Below are positions 9,135-22,058 of a stretch of 64,000 nucleotides of DNA, piece after piece. Source of the DNA: Gemmatimonadota bacterium (lineage in GTDB: Bacteria; Gemmatimonadota; Gemmatimonadetes; Palauibacterales; Palauibacteraceae); assembly GCA_965116475.1 (NCBI GenBank), contig OZ220691.1:992001-1056000 (forward strand), given 5' to 3'. The notes beneath the pieces are model-generated. The model made no database searches. It saw nothing but the letters and a program-made list of their open reading frames with translations, and was not told the origin of the DNA. Numbering within the stretch: position 1 is the stretch's first letter; each line of letters opens with the position of its first letter. The translations under genes were made by a program, and so were the position numbers.

Positions 9135-11669
9135 ATGGCAGTGACGCAAGGCACCCTGCAGCACGAACGCATCGAACGCCGCGCGCTCGAGCAGGAAATG
9201 CGCGAGTCGTTCATCGACTACTCGATGAGCGTCATCGTGCAGCGCGCGCTTCCCGATGCCCGCGACGGCCTGAAGCCGGTTCACCGCCGCATCCTGTACG
9301 CGATGCTGGAGGAGGGGATGCGCCCCTCGCGGCCGCACAAGAAGAGCGCAACGGTGGTGGGCGACGTGCTGGGCCGGTATCACCCGCACGGAGATGGCGC
9401 GGTGTACGACACCATCGTCCGCATGGTGCAGGACTTCTCGCTGCGCTATCCGCTCATCGACGGCCAGGGCAACTTCGGTTCGATCGATGGCGATTCCGCC
9501 GCCGCCTACCGCTACACGGAAGTGCGGATGACGCCGGTCGCGATGGACCTCCTCGCCGACATCGAGCGCGACACGGTCGACACGCGGCCCAACTTCGACG
9601 GGCGCCTGAGGGAACCGGTGGTGCTGCCCTGCCGGCTGCCGCACCTCCTGCTGAACGGCAGCGACGGGATCGCGGTCGGCATGGCGACGAAGATCCCGCC
9701 GCACAACGCCGGGGAACTCCTCGCCGCGGTCGACCACCTCATAGCGCACCCGGATTGCGACAGCGAAGAGCTGCTCGCCCGCCTGCCCGGGCCGGACTTC
9801 CCGACGGGCGGATACATCCAGGGCCGGGCCGGCATCGAGTCCGCCTACCGGACCGGTCGCGGACGCCTCGACATGCGCGCCAGGGTCCACCTCGAGGAGG
9901 GCAGGTTCGGGAAGAGTTCGCTGATCGTCACGGAACTCCCCTACCAGGTGAACAAGACGCGCGTCATCGGACAGATCACGAAGCTCGTGCGCGCCGGGCG
10001 CGCCGACGCGATCACCGACCTGCGCGACGAGTCCGACCGCGACGGGATCCGGCTCGTGATTGAACTCAAGCGCGACGCGGAGCCGAAGAAGGTGCTCGCG
10101 ACCCTGTTCAAGAAAACGCAGCTCCGGTACACGTTCGGCGTAATCATGCTCGCCCTTGTCGATGGCAAACCCGAGGAGCTGGATCTGAAGAGGGTCCTCG
10201 GCACGTGGATCGACCATCGCCTCTCCGTGATCCGCCGCGGCGCGGCGCACGACCTCGCCCGGGCCCGGGACCGCGCGCACGTCGTCGAGGGGTTGCGGAC
10301 GGCGCTCGACGAAATCGACCGCGTCATCGACATCATCCGCGGCTCGAAGACGCCGCCGGACGCGCGAAAGAAGCTCCTCCAGGCGTTCGACCTCACGGAG
10401 CGCCAGGCGGACGCGATCCTCGCGATGCGGCTCGTGCAGCTGACGGGCCTGGAACGGGACAAGCTGGCGGAGGAACTGAGGACGCTGCGGGAGGAGATCG
10501 CGCGGCTGACCGCGCTGGTGGAGAACGAGGCGTCTCGGCGGGCGTTCCTGCGGGAGGAGATCCGGGATCTCGCGCGGCGCTACGACGACCCGCGGCGGAC
10601 GGAGATCCTCGACGGCGACGCGGAGTTTCGGCTGTCGAAGGGCGGGGGCGGCGAGGCGCAGCTCGTGCTCGTGAGTCGCGGCGGCTACGTGAAGGCGCAG
10701 CCGGCCGCGACAGGCGGAGGCATGGCGGGCGCCGAAGTGCTGTCCGCCCGCGAAGGCGACTTCGCGCGCCACGCCTTCCTTGCTCGGGGTACGCACACGC
10801 TCCTCGCGATCACGGCCCGCGGCCATGCGCATGCGCTACCCGTCTCGGTGCTGCCGAGGGGCACGCGGAGTTCCCGGGGCCGCCACCTCGACGAGTTCAT
10901 CGAGCTGGAGCTGGGAGATGAGATCGTCGCGCTGCTCGCGGCCGAGACCTTCGCCGATGACCGATTTCTCGTGGTGGCCACGAGACGGGGCCACGTGAAG
11001 CGCTCGGCGCTGTCGGAGTACGCGAACGCCCGGAGCGCGGGCATCATCGGGGCCGGGATCGCGCGCGGCGATGAGGTCGCGGCCGCGTTCGTCACCGAAG
11101 GTAGCAGCGACCTGCTGTTCGCGACGCGATCCGGCCAGGCGATCCGCTTCCCCGAGTCCGCGATTCGTCCGATGGGTCGCACGGCCCGCGGCGTGAAGGC
11201 CATCGACCTCGCGCCGGGCGACGTGGTGGTCGCCGCGGCGGCTCCGCGCGCGGATTCCGATCTTCTCGTGGCGACCGCCGCCGGGTACGGCAAGCGCATC
11301 CCGTTCACGGAATTCAAGGTCCAGCGGCGGGCGGGCAAGGGGTTCACCGTCCTCCCCGAGCGAGCGCGGACCGGCGGTCTCGTCGGGTTCACCGAAGCGC
11401 ACGACGCGGACGAAGTGGCCTGGGAGCTGTCCGATGGATCCGTGGAAGCGACATCGGCGGCCAGCGTGATCCGTCGCTCTCCCCGCGAGGCGGGGCGCCC
11501 GGCCGTGCGGCTGCCGGCCGGCGTGGCGGTCGAGGCGGTGCACCCGATGCACTCGGGACGCCGTGCGCGCACCGGGTCTCCTCCCCCCGGAGAGACCGGC
11601 GAGCAGGCCCTCCTGGACACGCCCGGGGGCGGCGGGGATTCGCAGGCGGAGTTAGAGTTCGAAACGTAA
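9135..11669 (+). CDS. gyrA: Type IIA topoisomerase A subunit (GyrA/ParC family) with a degenerate GyrA-box
   Basis: [22 protein letters not shown], catalytic [22 protein letters not shown] and a multi-blade beta-pinwheel CTD; GAGGAGG SD. Confidence 0.9.
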   Translation: MAVTQGTLQHERIERRALEQEMRESFIDYSMSVIVQRALPDARDGLKPVHRRILYAMLEEGMRPSRPHKKSATVVGDVLGRYHPHGDGAVYDTIVRMVQDFSLRYPLIDGQGNFGSIDGDSAAAYRYTEVRMTPVAMDLLADIERDTVDTRPNFDGRLREPVVLPCRLPHLLLNGSDGIAVGMATKIPPHNAGELLAAVDHLIAHPDCDSEELLARLPGPDFPTGGYIQGRAGIESAYRTGRGRLDMRARVHLEEGRFGKSSLIVTELPYQVNKTRVIGQITKLVRAGRADAITDLRDESDRDGIRLVIELKRDAEPKKVLATLFKKTQLRYTFGVIMLALVDGKPEELDLKRVLGTWIDHRLSVIRRGAAHDLARARDRAHVVEGLRTALDEIDRVIDIIRGSKTPPDARKKLLQAFDLTERQADAILAMRLVQLTGLERDKLAEELRTLREEIARLTALVENEASRRAFLREEIRDLARRYDDPRRTEILDGDAEFRLSKGGGGEAQLVLVSRGGYVKAQPAATGGGMAGAEVLSAREGDFARHAFLARGTHTLLAITARGHAHALPVSVLPRGTRSSRGRHLDEFIELELGDEIVALLAAETFADDRFLVVATRRGHVKRSALSEYANARSAGIIGAGIARGDEVAAAFVTEGSSDLLFATRSGQAIRFPESAIRPMGRTARGVKAIDLAPGDVVVAAAAPRADSDLLVATAAGYGKRIPFTEFKVQRRAGKGFTVLPERARTGGLVGFTEAHDADEVAWELSDGSVEATSAASVIRRSPREAGRPAVRLPAGVAVEAVHPMHSGRRARTGSPPPGETGEQALLDTPGGGGDSQAELEFET

Positions 11670-11713
11670 GGCTGCTAGTGTTCTTCGTCCCTAACGCTCG
11701 TCCGGGAGAGTCC

Positions 11714-12529
11714 ATGCGAAGACTCTGTACGATGTTGGCGGCGTCCGCGCTCGTCGGTTGCGGCAGCGGGGCGCCGGAAGACCGTGGCGGCGCCGCGGCG
11801 GCCACCGCGGCGCCGGGCGACACGGCGGCCATGCACGCCGCGCGCCTGGCCGAGAGTCTCGGCGGACGTGAGGCGTGGGATCGCACGCGATACCTGTCTT
11901 TCCGCTGGATCGTGGAACGCGACGGCGAGATCGTGGCGAACCGCGAACATTCGTGGGACCGGTACGACGGACGGTATCGGGTCGCCTATGAGGTCGATGG
12001 AACACCCCATCTGCTGCTCTTCAACGTGAACGAGATCGAGCCGCACCCCGAACTCGAAAAGGTCCCGGCAGGGCGTGCCTGGGTCGGCGGGGAGGAGTTG
12101 GCCGGCGCGGCGCGGGACTCCGCGCTCCGGCGCGGCTACGGCGCCTTCATCAACGACACGTACTGGGCGATCATGCCGTTCAAGTGGGACGACCCGGGCG
12201 TTCACCTCGCCTACGAGGGGACGCGTACGCTCTCCGACGGGAAGGCGTACGAGGCGATCCATCTCAGCTTCGACCAGGGCCTGGGAACCACGGAAGACCA
12301 GTACTGGGGTTTCCTGGACGAATCGGGACGCATGATGGCCTGGCAGTACCACCTGGGGCGGGGGGAAGCGCCGGGAGAGGTCATCTGGTGGTCCGACTGG
12401 CAGCCGGTCGGCAATATCCAGTTCGCCATGACGCGGATCCTCGATGACGGCGACCGTTTCATCTATTTCGAGGACGTGGCCGCGGGCGAGACCGTGCCCG
12501 ACGGACGCTTCGATCCTCCGACGCCTTGA
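11714..12529 (+). CDS. Hypothetical lipoprotein (beta-rich, possibly LolA-like fold)
   Basis: MRRLCTMLAASALVG|C lipobox; LGGREAW, FINDTYW..MPFK..DPGV motifs; GGGAGAG SD. Confidence 0.75.
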   Translation: MRRLCTMLAASALVGCGSGAPEDRGGAAAATAAPGDTAAMHAARLAESLGGREAWDRTRYLSFRWIVERDGEIVANREHSWDRYDGRYRVAYEVDGTPHLLLFNVNEIEPHPELEKVPAGRAWVGGEELAGAARDSALRRGYGAFINDTYWAIMPFKWDDPGVHLAYEGTRTLSDGKAYEAIHLSFDQGLGTTEDQYWGFLDESGRMMAWQYHLGRGEAPGEVIWWSDWQPVGNIQFAMTRILDDGDRFIYFEDVAAGETVPDGRFDPPTP

Positions 12530-14253
12530 CCGAGCAAGGATCGGGCTCGACGGCGCCGGACTCGATCTCCTCGAGCACCGAGGAGGGGCAGCAGTACCGC
12601 GGCGGCGTGTACCAGCCGCTCGACGAGAGCACGCTGCCCGACGCGCCGGACAGCGAGGCCTTCCCGGACCCCGGTCACGGCCCGCCGTTCAAGTTCGTCC
12701 GCCGCATGTCGCGGGTGCCCCGCCTCCGGCACATCATCGGCCCCTCCGTGATCGCGCTCGGCATGGGCCTGGGCAGCGGCGAGTTCCTCCTCTGGCCCAA
12801 CCTCGTGGCGGCCAACGGGTTCTCGATCTGGTGGCTGTTCTGGATCGGGGTCGTGACCCAGTTCGTCGTGATTGGCGAGATCGAACGCTGGACCATCGCC
12901 ACCGGTGAGTCGACGTTCGCCGGCATGGCGCGGCTCGACCGGCTGGGGTTCTGGCCCTGGCTGTTCCTGGTCGCGACGCTGGCCAGCTTCTTCTGGCCCG
13001 GGTGGGCGTCGCAGTCCGCCGAGTTCGTGGGTCAGATCGTCGTCCTCGTCGGCGGGCCGCAGATCCAGTGGCAGCCGATGGCGCTGCTCATGCTCGCCTG
13101 CATCTGGTTCGGGCTCGCGGTTTCCCGAATCGTCTACAACGTCCTGGAGCGCTGTGAAATCGCGCTGGTGGCGGGGTTCTTCCCTCTCCTCGCGATCACG
13201 CTCCTCGTGGTCGGTCTCGTCCCCTCCCACTTCCTCGAACTGGCGGTCGGCGCGGCCTCGTTCGGGAGCGCCCCCGCCGAACTGTTCACGGGGGATCAGT
13301 TTCCGACGTTGATCCTCGCGGTCGCGTATGCCGGCACGGGGGGCACGCTGCTCCTTGCACAGTCGCTCTGGCTGCGCGACAAGGGCTTCGGGATGGCGCG
13401 GTTTCAGGGACGGATCGCCGGCATCCGCGGGCGCAACGAGAACATCAGCACGACCGGGTTCGTCTTCGACACGAGCGACCCGACGCAACTCGGGCGTTTC
13501 CGGGGCTGGATGCGGGTCGTCCACCAGGAGCTGCTGGCCACCTTCGTGCTCCTGACGCTCCTGAGCGTCGTCATCACGTGCATGCTCGTCGCGGCGACGC
13601 TGGGAACGGACAGTCCGGAGATCGCGGGCGATCTGACCACGATGGTGACGCTGCAGGGCGAGGCGATCGAGCGCGTCGGCGGGCTGTGGCTCCGGGTCGC
13701 GTTCCTGCTCGGGGGATCGTTCGTCATCTTTTCGACCCAACTCGCGATCCTCGACACCGTCACCCGCATCACGGGCTGCATCTTCTTCGAGCGCTTCGGA
13801 CACCGGACGCGCTTCTTCACCCAGAAGCGCACGTTCCTCGTGTTTCTGACGATCTTCGTGCTGGCGGCGATGGGGATCATCACCGCGTCGTGGATCGGCG
13901 GCGAGGCGCTGGACGTGCTCCAGCCCGATTTCCTGCTCCTCATCGCGGGGCCGTTCACGATGTCCAGCATGTTCCTGTTCACGCTCGTGATCGGCTACAT
14001 GAACGTGCGCCGGCTGCCGGCCGAGCTGGGGCCTCCGACCTGGAAGCGGTGGAGTCTGCTGTGGGCCGCGGTCCTTTGGGGATGGTTCACGGCCGAGCAG
14101 TTGTCGCGGACGACGATGCTGGTCGCGGGCGTGGCGCCGGAGTTCCAGGAATCGCTCGCCCTCCACCCGATCCGCGTCGTGTTCTACGCGCTGTGGCTGG
14201 GGTCGCTGGCGTGGTTCGCCGCCCGCACCCTGCCGGGGCGCGCGACGCGCTAG
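12526..14253 (+). CDS. NRAMP/APC-superfamily divalent-metal or solute transporter
   Basis: IGPSVIALGMGLGSGE TM1 motif, ATGES, AYAGTGG, about 12 hydrophobic helices; TTG start overlaps the upstream TGA. Confidence 0.75.
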   Translation: MTEQGSGSTAPDSISSSTEEGQQYRGGVYQPLDESTLPDAPDSEAFPDPGHGPPFKFVRRMSRVPRLRHIIGPSVIALGMGLGSGEFLLWPNLVAANGFSIWWLFWIGVVTQFVVIGEIERWTIATGESTFAGMARLDRLGFWPWLFLVATLASFFWPGWASQSAEFVGQIVVLVGGPQIQWQPMALLMLACIWFGLAVSRIVYNVLERCEIALVAGFFPLLAITLLVVGLVPSHFLELAVGAASFGSAPAELFTGDQFPTLILAVAYAGTGGTLLLAQSLWLRDKGFGMARFQGRIAGIRGRNENISTTGFVFDTSDPTQLGRFRGWMRVVHQELLATFVLLTLLSVVITCMLVAATLGTDSPEIAGDLTTMVTLQGEAIERVGGLWLRVAFLLGGSFVIFSTQLAILDTVTRITGCIFFERFGHRTRFFTQKRTFLVFLTIFVLAAMGIITASWIGGEALDVLQPDFLLLIAGPFTMSSMFLFTLVIGYMNVRRLPAELGPPTWKRWSLLWAAVLWGWFTAEQLSRTTMLVAGVAPEFQESLALHPIRVVFYALWLGSLAWFAARTLPGRATR

Positions 14254-15221
14254 GGCACCGCCTTCGCCATTTTTTCGGACATCTCCTCCGCGCTCTTCAT
14301 CTGTGACAGGTCGAGCGCGAAGTCGGGTCGTTCGACGGGAGACAGCTTGTCCAGCAGCTCGCGGATCTCGCGGGGGGCCAGACCGGCGGCCCCGAGATCA
14401 TCCTTCGTCGCGAGCCCATCCGCCTGGATCGACTCCGATTCGGCGTCCGGCCGCAACAGGCTTCGCAGGACCTCGAGTTCCGCCGCGCTCAGCCGCGCCC
14501 CCAACACCTCATAGTCGACCCAGGCCTCGTAGCTGAGCGGCGCGACGCGCTGGAGCATGCCGGCCATCACCCGCCCGTACTCCTGGATTTCCCACTGCGC
14601 GTGCGAGTCCACCCGCAGTCGAAGGAAGTGGAGGAGGTTGTGCAGGTCGATCTTCCAGTACCACTGCGTATAGGTGGAGAGGGGGAGGTCGATCCGCGCA
14701 AGTTCCCGGGCGACATCTTCGGACAGCAGCCAGTCGTAGGCATGGGCCGCGTCGTCCCGCAGTCTCTCCCACTGGTCGATCGCGCTGCGGTAGAGGTCGT
14801 CCGGGGCGGGATCCGTCTCGCGGCCCTGATTGTTCAGGCGGCTCTGGTAGGCGAACTGCTCGTGGTCCGGTTTGTAGAACAGCAGCGGCAGGAGACTGTA
14901 GCGGGCGCTGAGTTCGTTGACGGAGGCCGTGCGGTGTCGGATCCACTGTCGCGCCACGAACATCGGCATGGAGCAGTGGAACTTGAACTCCACCATCTCG
15001 CTCGGCGTCGTGTGCGCGTGGCGCCGAAGGTATCGCACGAGACCGCGCGTCTGGCTGACGCGGCGCGTGCCGGCCCCGTAGCTGACGCGAGCCGCCGCCT
15101 CCACGTCGGCGTCCGAGCCCATGTAGTCGACGAGCGCCACGAACCCGTGGTCAAGAACGGGAAAATACCCGCCGAGGATCTCCTCGGCCGCGGGGACCGT
15201 CGGCCTCCTGGTCGTCTCCAT
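14250..15221 (-). CDS. thyX: FAD-dependent thymidylate synthase
   Basis: ThyX motif RQWIRHRTASVNELSARY; AARVSY, HTTPSE, ARELAR, HAQWEI. Confidence 0.96.
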   Translation of the reverse strand: METTRRPTVPAAEEILGGYFPVLDHGFVALVDYMGSDADVEAAARVSYGAGTRRVSQTRGLVRYLRRHAHTTPSEMVEFKFHCSMPMFVARQWIRHRTASVNELSARYSLLPLLFYKPDHEQFAYQSRLNNQGRETDPAPDDLYRSAIDQWERLRDDAAHAYDWLLSEDVARELARIDLPLSTYTQWYWKIDLHNLLHFLRLRVDSHAQWEIQEYGRVMAGMLQRVAPLSYEAWVDYEVLGARLSAAELEVLRSLLRPDAESESIQADGLATKDDLGAAGLAPREIRELLDKLSPVERPDFALDLSQMKSAEEMSEKMAKAVP

Positions 15222-15264
15222 GAGCTACCCGTGCCGCTGCAGGGGGGTGTTGTCGGCCAGCATA

Positions 15265-16752
15265 TCAGTTCGTGAGCACGCGGGCGACCGCGCGCCGCCA
15301 TCCGGAATAGAGCGTTTCGCGCTCCTCCGCGTCCATGGCGGGCCGCCACGCGCGGTCGTGTCGCCACAGCGCCGCGACCTCCCGCAGATCCGCGAACACG
15401 CCGGCGCCGAGGCCACCCAGCATCGCCGCCCCCAGCGCGGTCGTCTCGGTCACGACCGGGCGCCGTATCTCGAGGTCGAGGATGTCGGCGAGAAACTGCA
15501 TCGCCCAGTCGTTGCGCGTAAACCCGCCGTCCACGCGCAACGTGCCGGGGCGCGGCGCTCCGTCGGCCCGCATCGCGTCGATCAGTTCGCGTGACTGGTA
15601 GGCGACCGCCTCCAGCGCCGCCCGGGCGATCTCGGCCCGCCCCGTATCGCGCGTCATCCCCAGCAGGGCGGCGCGGGCGTCCGGATCCCAATGGATGCCG
15701 CCCAGCCCGACGAAGGCGGGGACCAGCACGACCCCGCCCGTCGAATCCACGGATCGGGCCAGCGCCTCCGTCTCGGCGGCGTCGGCGATGATCCCCAACC
15801 CATCGCGCAGCCACTGGACCGACGCGCCGGCGACGAAGATGCTGCCTTCGAGCGCGTACGTGCGTTCGCCGCCGAGCTGCCAGGCCACGGTCGTGAGCAG
15901 ACCGTGCCCCGAGGCGAGCCGGTCTGCGCCGGTGTTCAGCAGCGCGAACGCTCCCGTCCCGTAGGTGAACTTCATCCCGCCCGGCTCGAACGCCGCCTGC
16001 CCGAACGTCGCCGCCTGCTGGTCGCCGGCCACGCCCCGCAACGGGATCGCGCGGCCCAACAGCTCGGCGGAGGTTTTGCCGAAGTCGCCGGCTGAGTCGC
16101 GAACCTCGGGCAGCACGGAGGCGGGCACACGCAGCAGTTCGAGCAGCTCCGGGTGCCAGCGGCCCTCGTCGATGTCGTAGAGGAGGGTCCGCGACGCGTT
16201 CGACGCATCCGTCGCGTGCACGCGCCCTCCGGTCAGACACCAGAGCAGCCACGTGTCGATCGTCCCGAAGGCGAGTTCGTCCCTCCCGGCCGCTTCGCGC
16301 GCGCCCGGAATATGGTCGAGGATCCACGCCAGCTTCGTGCCGGAGAAGTACGGATCGAGGCGGAGGCCGGTGCGGCGCTCGATCAACCCCCCGTGGCCCG
16401 CCCGGCGAAGTTCGGCACACTCCTTCGCGGTCCGCCGGTCCTGCCACACGATCGCCGGATGAATCGGCGTGCCGCTCGCGCGCTCCCAGACCACGGTCGT
16501 CTCACGCTGGTTCGTGATGCCGATCGCCGCCACGCGATGCCCGCGCGTCTCGGCGGCCTCGATGACCTCCCGCGTCACCTCGACCGCGTCGTCCCGGATG
16601 CGCTCCGGATCGTGCTCCACCCAGCCCGGAGCCGGATAGCTCTGAGGCAATTCGCGCTGCGCGCTGCCGACCGCCATCCCGTCGAAATTGAACGCGATGG
16701 CGCGCGTGGAGGTCGTGCCCTGATCGATCGCGACGACGACGGGCGCGGTCAT
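15265..16752 (-). CDS. glpK: Glycerol kinase
   Basis: [64 protein letters not shown]. Confidence 0.96.
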   Translation of the reverse strand: MTAPVVVAIDQGTTSTRAIAFNFDGMAVGSAQRELPQSYPAPGWVEHDPERIRDDAVEVTREVIEAAETRGHRVAAIGITNQRETTVVWERASGTPIHPAIVWQDRRTAKECAELRRAGHGGLIERRTGLRLDPYFSGTKLAWILDHIPGAREAAGRDELAFGTIDTWLLWCLTGGRVHATDASNASRTLLYDIDEGRWHPELLELLRVPASVLPEVRDSAGDFGKTSAELLGRAIPLRGVAGDQQAATFGQAAFEPGGMKFTYGTGAFALLNTGADRLASGHGLLTTVAWQLGGERTYALEGSIFVAGASVQWLRDGLGIIADAAETEALARSVDSTGGVVLVPAFVGLGGIHWDPDARAALLGMTRDTGRAEIARAALEAVAYQSRELIDAMRADGAPRPGTLRVDGGFTRNDWAMQFLADILDLEIRRPVVTETTALGAAMLGGLGAGVFADLREVAALWRHDRAWRPAMDAEERETLYSGWRRAVARVLTN

Positions 16753-17915
16753 GGATCCCGGGCTACAAGCCGGACCGGCGCGGCTTCAAGGCTCGCAGTC
16801 CACATGGGATTGACCACTGCCCGATCCAGTCCGTCGAGGTAGACGCCAGCTCCCTCCGCCCAAGTTCGATCGCGGTCGGCGGGGAAGGCCAGAGGGATGG
16901 CCTCAAGACGCTCCAAGTCAAGAACGAGACCCTTTGTAACCAGGCCATGCGCGTTCACTGTCGTGGTCCCGGCGAGCAGGCGACCATCGTCGAGCGGCAT
17001 AAGCGTCGACACCATCGCCGCGCCGAGGACCCGGTTACGTCCGCCGAATGCTTCGACCATTTCTTCATTTCGCTTCAGTTTGCGAGCCCGCATCTCCTTG
17101 GGCAGGAAAACGATGCGCACGAGGCCGCCGTTGGGACGATAACTCACGAGCGCGAGCTGGTCCCCGTCGAGGACGTGAATGAGACCATCGGGCGTCACCG
17201 CGACCAAGTCCACGGGTAGCTGGAATGCGCCATCGTAATCGACGATCAACTCCCGTGGGATCGGCCCGAACGCCGTCTCTCCGGTCGACGTGGGGCGCGA
17301 CAGGTAGTGATCCGGGAACGCATCGCCGGCAACGAGCAGCCCGAGTTCCGGATGCGCGGCGATGTCTCTGGCGTTGCCGCTAAACCGCTGACTGGCGACA
17401 AAACCGCCCTCCAGGGTCACGTACGCGACTCGCGCGTTTCCCGCGTCGAGGACCAGAACCTGATCGTCCGCCCGGACCAGGCGCCTTGGGAACCTGTATT
17501 CTCCCGGCCCCTCTCCCTCCGCGCCCCGGATCCGCACCGGATCGAGATTCCGGTCGAGGAACCCGATACGCGGATCGAGCCCGTCGGCGACCAAGTAGCC
17601 CGCCGGCGTGGCAAGTACCGCGGCGATAGAACCGAAGCTCACGCGTTCGTCCAACTGATCGAGGCGGGCGTCGGACGGGCCGATCTCGTAGACCTGGGTG
17701 GTGCTCTCGCTGAAGTAGACCCGTCCATCGCCGCCAGCCTCCGGGGCGTCTCCGCAGCCCGCAGGACCGAAGGCGCTCGCCAGGCCGAGGGCGACGGTGC
17801 GCGAGGCGATCCCCGGCCACCGAGCGGAACTCGGTGGCCGGGGACGGTTCGCAATCGAGACCCCGGGTTGCACGGGGCGCGACTCTGAACCGATGGCTCG
17901 GTGCGCACCGCTCAC
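16749..17915 (-). CDS. Six-bladed beta-propeller (NHL/TolB-like) lipoprotein
   Basis: Lipobox-like [23 protein letters not shown]; repeated LVAD/LVLD blade motifs. Probable GTG start at 17915 overlapping the upstream stop (GTGA); the ORF track start is 17927. Confidence 0.75.
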   Translation of the reverse strand: MSGAHRAIGSESRPVQPGVSIANRPRPPSSARWPGIASRTVALGLASAFGPAGCGDAPEAGGDGRVYFSESTTQVYEIGPSDARLDQLDERVSFGSIAAVLATPAGYLVADGLDPRIGFLDRNLDPVRIRGAEGEGPGEYRFPRRLVRADDQVLVLDAGNARVAYVTLEGGFVASQRFSGNARDIAAHPELGLLVAGDAFPDHYLSRPTSTGETAFGPIPRELIVDYDGAFQLPVDLVAVTPDGLIHVLDGDQLALVSYRPNGGLVRIVFLPKEMRARKLKRNEEMVEAFGGRNRVLGAAMVSTLMPLDDGRLLAGTTTVNAHGLVTKGLVLDLERLEAIPLAFPADRDRTWAEGAGVYLDGLDRAVVNPMWTASLEAAPVRLVARDP

Positions 17916-18262
17916 TGGATGTCCCACACCGTGTAGTTATCGCACCGAAGTTCGAGCGTTTCGTACCGGCCCACTTGGTAGACGCCCAGGTTGAAGCTCT
18001 GCGTGATGCTGCCGTTGACCCCGGCACCCAGGACCTTGCCATCGACGCCGATGTTGCCACCGATGGTGAGCGTGACGCGACTGGAGCCTATCAGGTGGCC
18101 GGACAGCGGATTGTTCGGACCTCCCGAGATGTACTCCGCGCACTCGCTCTGCGCCGCGGCCTCGGACGGCTGCGCCAGCGCGATCGCCAACGCCCCCGCG
18201 AAGGCCCAGGCCACGGCGAGCGACCGCGCCGCACGGCTGTTTCTCCTCGTCCTCATCATCAT
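17912..18262 (-). CDS. Small secreted protein (signal peptide plus ~79-aa mature part, two Cys)
   Basis: GGAGGT SD; basic N-region, hydrophobic core, AAA|Q cleavage site; Cys41 and Cys107; stop overlaps the start of the propeller gene. Confidence 0.8.
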   Translation of the reverse strand: MMMRTRRNSRAARSLAVAWAFAGALAIALAQPSEAAAQSECAEYISGGPNNPLSGHLIGSSRVTLTIGGNIGVDGKVLGAGVNGSITQSFNLGVYQVGRYETLELRCDNYTVWDIQ

Positions 18263-18331
18263 CCACCTCCCCTGATTGATCCCGGAGAGCGACGCCCTGC
18301 CGCCCTCTCTGACACGAGGATCGGGGCGGGC

Positions 18332-18348
18332 ATCAACGGGCTATCAAC
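18332..18348 (-). promoter_or_regulatory. Direct repeat GTTGAT-N5-GTTGAT (11-bp period), candidate winged-helix regulator site
   Basis: Plus-strand atcaac at 18332-18337 and 18343-18348, about 70 bp upstream of the small secreted protein. Confidence 0.4.
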
Positions 18349-18387
18349 CCGCGCGAACCGGCAACCCGCGGCGGATCGGGAGGGGGT

Positions 18388-21934
<3,547 letters not shown>

Positions 21935-21942
21935 AGGCTTTG

Positions 21943-21971
21943 AAAATACGGCGAAAAGCCTTATGCCGCAA
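21943..21971 (-). promoter_or_regulatory. Sigma70-type promoter of recF-dciA-gyrB (probably leaderless)
   Basis: TTGCGG (21971-21966), 17 bp, TATTTT (21948-21943), 8 nt, GTG. Confidence 0.5.
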
Positions 21972-22058
21972 GGAAATTTGCCCGCCGGAGACCGCCTCCG
22001 GAACGCGCCGCCGAGCGGTTGCCGGAGAGCCTCCGGGCCGACAGCTTCGAAGACGTCC

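Noticed and set aside
8199-10832. 877-aa antisense ORF opposite gyrA, and similar long shadows (12463-14166, 33850-35886, 42295-44892, 51600-54302, 60668-62794)
   Set aside because: Arg/Pro/Gly-rich, motif-free frames overlapping well-supported genes; expected from stop-codon scarcity at high GC3.
1950-15221. Prophage signal from ssb and thyX
   Set aside because: No integrase, terminase or structural genes; both sit among housekeeping genes with host-like composition.
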